11,509 nt of DNA from Hadesarchaea archaeon (GCA_030619825.1 JAUXAS010000025.1:1-11509); one strand, 5' to 3'. Shown: positions 1 to 6,751, counted from the stretch's first letter. Translations and numbers: made by a program. The notes: generated by a model not told the origin, from the sequence alone.

Positions 1-288
1 TTCCAAGACGCTGTATGATTTCTGAAAAATCCCGCTCGACAATGCACACGCCCCCGCTACGACCACAACTTTGGGCTCCTTCAGCTTGGCGTAGACTTCT
101 TTTAGCGAATCCAACATCTTCATCGTCACGACCCCCACCACAATAAGTACGTTCGCCTGTTCAGGTTCCTCCACAATCTTCGTCCTGAGTTCCCCGATGC
201 CGAACCGCGTAGCCAGCACGCTCAATACCTCAATGTCACAACCGTTACATGACCCGATGTTCAAGCGATAAACTCCGATTTCGCTCAT
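1..288 (-). CDS. Group 4 [NiFe]-hydrogenase small subunit (NuoB/MbhJ/EchC-like), 3' end outside the window
   Basis: Not in the ORF track. Manual translation from ATG at 288: MSEIGVYRLNIGSCNGCDIEVLSVLATRFGIGELRTKIVEEPEQANVLIVVGVVTMKMLDSLKEVYAKLKEPKVVVVAGACALSSGIFQKSYSVLE. It has the GSCNGCDIE and GACA motifs and an ATGA overlap with the large-subunit stop (285-288). Confidence 0.92.
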   Translation of the reverse strand, partial: MSEIGVYRLNIGSCNGCDIEVLSVLATRFGIGELRTKIVEEPEQANVLIVVGVVTMKMLDSLKEVYAKLKEPKVVVVAGACALSSGIFQKSYSVLE

Positions 289-1421
289 TTTAATCGCCTT
301 AGCTCATCTAGACTTATCTTTCTACTTCTACCGGTTCTCTCGTCCACCACAGTGATGCGGTTGGTGCAGGATATGCACCGGTCCAAGCTCTCCAATATGG
401 GCGGGAGATTGGCCAGTTTTTCCCCTACCAGCATCTCCACAACGGCGGGATTGTTTACATAGGTGGGGGGCCTGAGTTTGATGCGCTCAGGATAGTTTGT
501 CCCGTTCAGTCTAGCATAGTAGATTAGCTCCCCCCGAGGCGCCTCCACTCGGCTGAAGTCCTCCCCGACCGGCGGCTTCCCCAACTCCGCGCGTATCTCA
601 CCCTCCGGCATGCGGTCGATCAGCTGTCGAACTAATTTTATACTTTCAAAAGTTTCCCTCGCCCGCACCAATGCCCTGGAGAAGACATCACATCCGTTCT
701 CCGTCGGTACATCAAAATCAACCTCCTGGTAAGCGGCATAGGGGTCGTCTTTTCGGATGTCGCTTTTGATACCAGAAGCTCTCGACACAGGCCCCACTAC
801 TCCATACGCTCTGGCCTTATCCTTCGGAAGCAGCCCTATCCCTGAAAGTTTCGGTGCAGCGTCTTTCAAAGCTTTCATAATGTCGTCAGAAAGTTTCGTG
901 AGGTCATCCGTCAGGGTCTTGACTTTGACGAGTATCCCTCCTGACACATCACGCCTGACCCCGCCCAAGTTATTTATCGAGAAGTGTACTCGGTTGCCGC
1001 AAATGGGCTCTAACAGGTCCATCAGTCTTTCGCGTGTATCGAGAACCTGGATTAGGTGCCCGTCGTCGTGCAATGCATGAAAGAGCAGCACGAACCACAT
1101 GTAATGGCTGTGTAACCGATCCATCTCGAAGACCAGAGATCTGATGTAATTCGCCCGTTGGGGAATCTCCGCGCCGAAGATTTTTTCTACAGCTTGACAA
1201 TAAGCGGTGGAGTGGGCTTGGGAACACAGCCCACACACACGCTCGGCAAGTAGAACATCTTGACTGAGGGATTTTGACTCCATTAGACGCTCGATGCCGC
1301 GGTGTGTGTATCCTTGCTCGATACCGACATCGATGATTTTGCCATTGCGCATGGTCACCTCGTATATCTCTGGCTCCAGATTCAAGGGGTGATATGGGCC
1401 TATCTTCATGACCTCAGTCAT
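285..1421 (-). CDS. Group 4 [NiFe]-hydrogenase large subunit (NuoD/MbhL/EchE-like)
   Basis: Motifs GPYHP..LEP, GYTHRGIE, L1 ERVCGLCSQAH, EAPRGEL and L2 DRCISCTNR, followed by a C-terminal extension. All four Ni-ligating Cys are present. ATG at 1421 is preferred (GAGGA about 10 nt upstream, 1 nt after the hdrB stop); TTG at 1430 is the alternative start. Confidence 0.93.
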   Translation of the reverse strand: MTEVMKIGPYHPLNLEPEIYEVTMRNGKIIDVGIEQGYTHRGIERLMESKSLSQDVLLAERVCGLCSQAHSTAYCQAVEKIFGAEIPQRANYIRSLVFEMDRLHSHYMWFVLLFHALHDDGHLIQVLDTRERLMDLLEPICGNRVHFSINNLGGVRRDVSGGILVKVKTLTDDLTKLSDDIMKALKDAAPKLSGIGLLPKDKARAYGVVGPVSRASGIKSDIRKDDPYAAYQEVDFDVPTENGCDVFSRALVRARETFESIKLVRQLIDRMPEGEIRAELGKPPVGEDFSRVEAPRGELIYYARLNGTNYPERIKLRPPTYVNNPAVVEMLVGEKLANLPPILESLDRCISCTNRITVVDERTGRSRKISLDELRRLK

Positions 1422-1422
1422 T

Positions 1423-2289
1423 TTACCCAATCCTCGCTACTAGTTGTGATACGGGGCTTCGGTGAAACTCAAGTGACAATTCTTTCGACGGCGCACCAAA
1501 TGCCAGCGCCAAGAGCTCGACCAAGTGCAAACATGGGATCGAGAACTTGGCACTGTACCTTCTGAGGGCGAGTTGCCCTGATTCAAATTGAACATTACAC
1601 GCAGGGCAAACCACCACGATTCCATCGACCCCTATATGTTGATAACGCTCCAGTTTTGGAAGCAAGTTGTGTTTAAGCGAAAATTCTTCGTCCACATGAG
1701 ATGTCGGGAAACCACAGCACAGTTGGTCGACGTCGGAGCGGACGACCTCAGCTCCCGTAGCACTTACTAGCTCTTCGAACTGTTTAGGCTTCCTCCAAAT
1801 ATCTCTGCCGTTCTCTTCTCTGAAGAGGTGGCAACCGTGATGTACGGCAAGTTTCAATCCTAGTGGTTTTTTTACTTGATTTTTTATCGCTTCAATCCCG
1901 ACATCCTCGTGGAGAACCTCAACGACATGCCTGACATTTATCGTCCCGTTATATTTCCTTCCCACCTTGGCCAAGAGTTCATTTATCTCCCTACTGGTTT
2001 CCCCCCGCTTCATGAACTCGTTGGCCTCCCAGAGTGTCTCGTAACAACCGTTACACAACACCACGACATCTAGGCCTTGCCCTTCCGCTATGCTCAGATT
2101 CCTTGCTGACATGGATAGCGCGACCTTTCTGTCCATCAAGCGTGCTAGAATTGGGTCCGGGCAGCAGGTGTAGCCCGTCATCTCCGCAATCTCGAGCCCG
2201 AGTGAATTGAAGACCTTGTGCGTGGCAAGCTCAGCGCTCGGAAGCCGCTGAGGGATCATGCAACCCAAGAAAAGCGCGTATTTCTTCAC
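1423..2289 (-). CDS. hdrB: Heterodisulfide reductase subunit B (two CCG domains)
   Basis: Two complete five-Cys CCG motifs: FLGCMIP...TCCPDP...LCNGCY and HHGCH...LCCGF...VCPACN. 288 aa, MKKYALFLGC N-terminus typical of HdrB, GTGA overlap with the upstream gene. Confidence 0.92.
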   Translation of the reverse strand: MKKYALFLGCMIPQRLPSAELATHKVFNSLGLEIAEMTGYTCCPDPILARLMDRKVALSMSARNLSIAEGQGLDVVVLCNGCYETLWEANEFMKRGETSREINELLAKVGRKYNGTINVRHVVEVLHEDVGIEAIKNQVKKPLGLKLAVHHGCHLFREENGRDIWRKPKQFEELVSATGAEVVRSDVDQLCCGFPTSHVDEEFSLKHNLLPKLERYQHIGVDGIVVVCPACNVQFESGQLALRRYSAKFSIPCLHLVELLALAFGAPSKELSLEFHRSPVSQLVARIG

Positions 2290-2957
2290 TTTTTCACCCC
2301 CCTCAGTTTCTTCCGCTTCCAGTCATAGCCAGCCTGCCTGCTGAAGTTCGTCTGCCTGATGAGTTCGTGAACCTCTTTAAGCTGGGACTCGTTCGAATAG
2401 CTGGCCGGCGGTTGTGGTGGAAGTCCCGCTTCCACCCGCCTTCGTTTCATTAAGGAGGATATAGGCGCGGTGGCCCCGACGGTAATAACAGCTTCTGCAA
2501 CCGGGCCGATTTCGTCAGGGAGTTTGGATTTGAAGGGCTTGCCCAATGGAAAAGTGCCCTCCGGCAATTTGTCCGATAAGACCAGATGTCCCGGTTTGGG
2601 ATGATCTCTGAATCTTACCCCGCACAGCTCTGCTGCCTCGTTTTCTGCCCATTCCGCTGTAGGGGTCAGGTCAGCTACAGTATCGATCTCGGGTTTCTCT
2701 TTCCCCAATTTCACTCTCAACACTACGACTTTACCCTCCAAATCAAAATGGTACAGAAGGTCTATGTCCAGCCCCGCATCGACAGCAGCTATAATGATTA
2801 ACCTCGCTCCCTTGCAGAGCAAGGTCTCAGCGGCTTTCCTTATTATGTCCGGAGCTATTTCGGCCGACACCTTTCGCACTCGAGGTGTGACCACACTTAA
2901 GAGTCCATCTGGGATGTTTTTCTCCAAGAGTTCAACTATCTCGGCTTCCTCCATCAT
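2286..2957 (-). CDS. NuoC/MbhK-like hydrogenase subunit fused to an HdrC-C-terminus-like tail
   Basis: The N-terminal ~145 aa has complex I 30-kDa-subunit motifs (VD...LLYHF, AEWAENEAAELCGVRFRDHP, FPL). The C-terminal ~77 aa is extra. Start placed at ATG 2957 (ATGA overlap with the upstream stop, GGTGA SD-like motif nearby) rather than 3035. Confidence 0.85.
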   Translation of the reverse strand: MMEEAEIVELLEKNIPDGLLSVVTPRVRKVSAEIAPDIIRKAAETLLCKGARLIIIAAVDAGLDIDLLYHFDLEGKVVVLRVKLGKEKPEIDTVADLTPTAEWAENEAAELCGVRFRDHPKPGHLVLSDKLPEGTFPLGKPFKSKLPDEIGPVAEAVITVGATAPISSLMKRRRVEAGLPPQPPASYSNESQLKEVHELIRQTNFSRQAGYDWKRKKLRGVKK

Positions 2958-3427
2958 CTCACCCGCAAATAGCGGCTCCGTGCGAACTCGAGCGCTTCGG
3001 CACGGGTTCCAACCCTGATCGCTTGAGGGGAACAATACTTGGCGCAGTTCGGGTCACCATCGCAGAAATTGCACTTGGTTGCGATACGGTGTTCCTCGTC
3101 GAACCACGCTGCGGCGATTGGACAAGCGTAGGTACAGGAGCGGCAACCAGTACACTTCATGGGGTTTATCATCACCCATCCCGTGGCTTCGTCCTTGGTG
3201 ATAGCATCAACCGGGCAAGCGGCGGCGCACACAGGGTCCTCGCAGTGCAGACAGTTGGTCGCCTCGCGCGCAAATTTCTGATCGTCAATGAAAACATGGA
3301 TGTGGGATTTCTCAGGGTTGAGGGTGCCGAAGTTCTTGTAGGCACACGCAATCTCACAGTACCGGCAACCTGTACATCGCTCCGAGTCGTAAATCAGCAC
3401 GAGCTGCTCGGCTTTGGGCTTCTCCAA
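2954..3427 (-). CDS. 4x[4Fe-4S] iron-sulfur protein (DmsB/HycB/CooF-like)
   Basis: 16 Cys in four groups: CTGCRYCEIAC, CLHCEDPVCAAACP, CTGCRSCTYACP, CNFCDGDPNCAKYC. TTG start with AGGGG upstream. Confidence 0.92.
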   Translation of the reverse strand: MEKPKAEQLVLIYDSERCTGCRYCEIACAYKNFGTLNPEKSHIHVFIDDQKFAREATNCLHCEDPVCAAACPVDAITKDEATGWVMINPMKCTGCRSCTYACPIAAAWFDEEHRIATKCNFCDGDPNCAKYCSPQAIRVGTRAEALEFARSRYLRVR

Positions 3428-3459
3428 TAACGTCGCCCCTTTAGCCGAAGGGGGGCTTA

Positions 3460-3477
3460 TGTGCTTAAGCCTTTCGC
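3460..3477 (-). promoter_or_regulatory. Putative BRE/TATA promoter of the hydrogenase-HdrB operon
   Basis: Minus strand reads GCGAAAGGCTTAAGCACA: purine-rich BRE (CGAAAG) followed by a TTAAG TATA-like box about 40 nt upstream of the TTG start. Confidence 0.5.
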
Positions 3478-3478
3478 T

Positions 3479-3489
3479 AAAAAAAGAAA
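3479..3489 (-). terminator. Putative oligo-T terminator after the R15P isomerase gene
   Basis: TTTCTTTTTTT on the minus strand immediately after the TAA at 3491-3493. Confidence 0.55.
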
Positions 3490-3490
3490 T

Positions 3491-4429
3491 TTAAATGAAC
3501 TCTTCGCCCGGCCTCCACTCGAAGAGCTCCTGGATCATCGTGTAAGCTGCCGAGGGTGGGATTATGCCCCGCTCGGTTATAATGAGGTCAATGTAATCGG
3601 GCGGCGTGACATCAAAGACCGGGTTACGAATTTTCAAGCCTGGGAAGCGCTTAGGGTTGATGATCTCCTTGGGAGAGCGCTCCTCGATCTCGACAAGCCT
3701 CCCCACGAGCGTCCCAGGATGGAACTTGTAACTCTCTGCGGCGACGAAGAATAACACTCGAGCCTCGTGAGCGGTGAGGGCGATCTGTGCGGTCCCTATC
3801 TTGTTGATCACCGCTCCATTTGCCGCGATGCTGTCCGCACCAACGATGACCTTGTCAATGTCTCGGATGAAATAGCGCACAGCTGAGTCAACGATGAGGG
3901 TGGTGGGAATGTCAGCTTTTTTCAGGTCTCGTACACTTATCAAACCCTGTCGGCTCGGACGAGACTCTGTGACGAATACTTGGATGCGCTTGCCCTTCTC
4001 GAAAGCCGTCTTGATTACCGCTAGCGCGCTGTGGCTGTTGCAGTGAGTAAGCACTACATCGCCATCAGAGATGCGACGCGCGCCGATTTCACCTATTCGC
4101 TCGACAGCTTTCTTTGAATCTCGAATAAACTCGTCCACACGAGAGATGACTCCCCTCTGAAGCGTCTGCAGGTCGGCCCCTCTCGCTCGCTTCGCACCAA
4201 GCGTGACGTAGCGGATCGCGTTGGGAAGCGAGACCGCTGTTGGGCGGGTAGCTAGCAAAAGTTTTGAAACGCGATCGAGCTCCCTCGCGAACTCAGCTGG
4301 AGTCTTGGCTCGAGTCGTCTTTGTAGTGATTTTCAAGGCCCGGGCCGCAGCGCGAGCGATCCTTCCGGCGCCGCGTATGCGCATCGTTTGGATATCCCGC
4401 GCGATTTGCTTGACCTCATCGTGCGCCAT
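3491..4429 (-). CDS. e2b2: Ribose-1,5-bisphosphate isomerase (eIF2B-like family)
   Basis: MRIRGAGRIA, TRPTAVSLPNA, LTHCNS (catalytic Cys), ESRP, VGADSI (catalytic Asp), NKIGT, NPVFDVTPP and ITERG match the archaeal R15Pi pattern. Confidence 0.9.
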   Translation of the reverse strand: MAHDEVKQIARDIQTMRIRGAGRIARAAARALKITTKTTRAKTPAEFARELDRVSKLLLATRPTAVSLPNAIRYVTLGAKRARGADLQTLQRGVISRVDEFIRDSKKAVERIGEIGARRISDGDVVLTHCNSHSALAVIKTAFEKGKRIQVFVTESRPSRQGLISVRDLKKADIPTTLIVDSAVRYFIRDIDKVIVGADSIAANGAVINKIGTAQIALTAHEARVLFFVAAESYKFHPGTLVGRLVEIEERSPKEIINPKRFPGLKIRNPVFDVTPPDYIDLIITERGIIPPSAAYTMIQELFEWRPGEEFI

Positions 4430-4463
4430 GATTTCCCCTAATTTCTATCTATACCTGTACCCA

Positions 4464-4478
4464 AACTTAAACCAATCG
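4464..4478 (-). promoter_or_regulatory. Putative TATA box for the R15P isomerase gene
   Basis: Minus strand CGATTGGTTTAAGTT, with TTTAAG at 4471-4466 about 37 nt upstream of the ATG. AGGGG SD-like motif before the start. Confidence 0.4.
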
Positions 4479-4483
4479 GGATT

Positions 4484-4714
4484 TCACTTGGGAAGGCGGC
4501 GCCGCAGCTCATTGAGGAAAATCTGCCCATCTGTTTTGCGTGTGGTGTCAGCTTCGGCTGAAATCGCCTGCCTGAGCCCCTCGATGAACACCTCAATACC
4601 TGCACTCTCACCAAGCATTCGTTCGATTAGGCTTCGGAGCTCCTGTGGATAAGCAAGGTATGGCATGACCGATGAGAATGAATCTCGAACGAGTTTTGCC
4701 TCAGCTTCCTGCAT
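4484..4714 (-). CDS. Hypothetical small helical protein (76 aa)
   Basis: Fills the gap between the Lrp gene and R15Pi, starts 8 nt after the Lrp stop with an AGGTG SD, and has an amphipathic helical pattern. No recognised motif. Confidence 0.7.
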   Translation of the reverse strand: MQEAEAKLVRDSFSSVMPYLAYPQELRSLIERMLGESAGIEVFIEGLRQAISAEADTTRKTDGQIFLNELRRRLPK

Positions 4715-4722
4715 TTCAGCAC

Positions 4723-5163
4723 CTAGAGGTTCAAAAGACGCTCCTTGATGGTTTCCATTGCCACGATAGTTCGGACGCTCTTCACCGAGTCGAATGACTG
4801 GATGCGGTCGTCAACGAACTTTTTCAAGCTTTCCACGTCGCGGGCACGTACCTTCAACATCAATCCATGGCCCCCCGTCGTGTGATGAAGCTCGCACACC
4901 TGGTGGCAGTGTGACAGCGAGCGGACGAGCTCGCGCATGCTCCTGCTATCGACATCGATGCTGACGAAAGCCATCACCCCATAGCCAAATTTTTGAGGGT
5001 CTATTAGCGCTGAATATTGTTTGATCAGACCGAAGCGCTCAAGCTGCTTGACCCGTCGCCTCACCCCAGAAGTGCTGAGGCCGACCTCGCGCCCCATCTT
5101 GCGCAGTGAAACATGTGCGTCATCGCTCAGCATCTTTAAAAGTTTCATGTCGACGCTATCCAC
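4723..5163 (-). CDS. Lrp/AsnC family transcriptional regulator
   Basis: MDSVDMKLLKMLSDDAHVSLRKMGREVGLSTSGVRRRVKQLERFGLIKQY HTH, then an IDPQKFGY linker and RAM domain. GTG start with GGTGGTGA SD. Confidence 0.93.
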   Translation of the reverse strand: MDSVDMKLLKMLSDDAHVSLRKMGREVGLSTSGVRRRVKQLERFGLIKQYSALIDPQKFGYGVMAFVSIDVDSRSMRELVRSLSHCHQVCELHHTTGGHGLMLKVRARDVESLKKFVDDRIQSFDSVKSVRTIVAMETIKERLLNL

Positions 5164-5207
5164 GCTTCACCACCCAGCCAGCCTTGTAATTAGTTGGTGC
5201 GCTTTGG

Positions 5208-5223
5208 TTATTTAATTTTTGCG
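5208..5223 (-). promoter_or_regulatory. Putative BRE/TATA promoter of the Lrp gene
   Basis: Minus strand CGCAAAAATTAAATAA: A-rich BRE followed by TTAAATA. Confidence 0.55.
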
Positions 5224-5239
5224 GGAAAATTTTTGTGCG

Positions 5240-6751
5240 TCAAAGCTGAATTACTTTTAGTTTTTTCCCTACATCTTTGCACGCTTCAACGAGTGATTTA
5301 CCCCATCGCCGCTCGTCGTTGAACAGTAGAACTCGTTCGTAGTGCCCACCATACCTCTCGAGGAAGCGAGAGAGGCCTTCGGCCACCGATTTTATCTGCA
5401 TCGCGTCAAGCTCGCGGGGCACCTGAAACTGCCCGAGCGGGTATATCTCCTCGAGCTCCTCGGGGACGGCGCCAAATGGAGGTACGAGCCTCACGAGGTG
5501 GGTTCGCTCAGGTTCTTCGAGCTTCGGCCGCTCTTTCCCAAAAGCGGGCAAAAGCGCTAAGATGGGCAGCTGGGGCGGCTCATATCGCCCATTAAGTCTA
5601 CTCCAGGAACGCACGACCTCTGGGCGATTCACCGACTCCTCACCGAGGTAGCAGAATGCCGAGGGCTTGGTCACGGGATCAAACCTCTCGAGGAAATCCC
5701 GATACCTCGCCAACCTCCGAAGCCCATCGAGCAGCCGCGGATGGGCACGACATCGCAGCTCAACGTGCTCTCCCAGACTTCCCTCCACGATTGCTTGGCG
5801 AATGCGCCGCAGTTCGCCAAAGGTAACATGAAGATTGTGCCTAGCCAAGAGCTTGACCCGTTCGTCCTGCGGAACACGCCTGAGCTCATCGGGTGAATGC
5901 TCCGCACAAATAGGGCACTCACATGGTAGGTAAGATAACTCCTCGAGGTGAAAGGTCCCCTCTGAAGTCATGTAACGCCCGTCACGTGCATAGAGCACGT
6001 ATGCAGCGGAGTCGAAGAGGTCGCAGCCCATCGCCACGGCGAGGGCGAACATCATGGGGTGCCCAGCGCCAAAAAGATGCGTGGGGCGATCGAGTGGCAG
6101 GTATTGCTTCGCAGTCATGACGAGATCGACGAGTTTCGCGTAGCGATATCCCTCCAGCAACTCGACGGGGCTTCCAATCGCGTGCAGTTGATAGTCGAGT
6201 TTCCCAACCTCGCGTGCGCTCTGGGCGACCAACTCGCTGAAGAGGCCCCCCTGCACCGGCCCGCACCACATCAACTTGGGATTAGACCTGAGTTCGACTG
6301 CTTGTCTGGCTCGCTCAAGCGTTATCCGCACCGTTTCGGCTGCACGCTCCTTGGTCGCTTGAACACCAGTCGGGACATCGAGGATAGTCGCGATATCTGG
6401 GGCAATCGCATCTTGGTAGCGCACGATTTCTTCAGGTGAAACTTCGACGTCCCCATAGCGCAGGATTTGGTAGCCGCCCGAGTCGGTCATGATTGGACCC
6501 TCATAGCTGAGCGCACCGTGAACCCCTTGCTTCGCGGCTTCCTCGCCGAAGTGACGAAGCATCAGGTAGGCGTTGGTCATCACCAGTTCAACGCCGAACT
6601 CGCGCCGCATCTGGTTGGGTGATAGAATTACGTCCAATGGATCGATGACAGGCATGAGGGTCGGGGTTGTCACATCGCCGTGGGGGGTGCTAAGTTTACC
6701 CACTCGACCCATGCCATCGCGGTACAAGATTTGGAAGATGGTATCGACCAT
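5240..6751 (-). CDS. tgtA: Archaeosine tRNA-guanine(15) transglycosylase, PUA-less form
   Basis: GRVGKL..PHG..TP.LMPV, TNAY, MTDSGGYQ (catalytic Asp), LDVP, VQGG, HLFGAGHPM, GCDLFDSAAY, Zn site CECPIC...HNL, and RCRAHP. Confidence 0.93.
   Translation of the reverse strand: MVDTIFQILYRDGMGRVGKLSTPHGDVTTPTLMPVIDPLDVILSPNQMRREFGVELVMTNAYLMLRHFGEEAAKQGVHGALSYEGPIMTDSGGYQILRYGDVEVSPEEIVRYQDAIAPDIATILDVPTGVQATKERAAETVRITLERARQAVELRSNPKLMWCGPVQGGLFSELVAQSAREVGKLDYQLHAIGSPVELLEGYRYAKLVDLVMTAKQYLPLDRPTHLFGAGHPMMFALAVAMGCDLFDSAAYVLYARDGRYMTSEGTFHLEELSYLPCECPICAEHSPDELRRVPQDERVKLLARHNLHVTFGELRRIRQAIVEGSLGEHVELRCRAHPRLLDGLRRLARYRDFLERFDPVTKPSAFCYLGEESVNRPEVVRSWSRLNGRYEPPQLPILALLPAFGKERPKLEEPERTHLVRLVPPFGAVPEELEEIYPLGQFQVPRELDAMQIKSVAEGLSRFLERYGGHYERVLLFNDERRWGKSLVEACKDVGKKLKVIQL

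Noticed and set aside
285..1430. NuoD/Fpo/Mbx-type non-hydrogenase subunit
   Set aside because: Both CxxC Ni-binding motifs are intact, so a true [NiFe]-hydrogenase is more likely. No in-frame TGA suggesting selenocysteine was seen.
2958..3035. N-terminal extension of the 249-aa ORF
   Set aside because: It overlaps the Fe-S gene; the ATGA-coupled start at 2957 fits better.
3491..4429. Methylthioribose-1-phosphate isomerase (MtnA) or translation factor aIF-2B, suggested by nearby mat
   Set aside because: RGAGRIA and THCNS fit R15Pi; MtnA typically has RGAPAIG and THCN(A/T)G.
5240..6751. Bacterial queuine TGT
   Set aside because: Length, HLFGAGHP, DLFDSAAY, RAHP and the archaeal context indicate the archaeosine enzyme.
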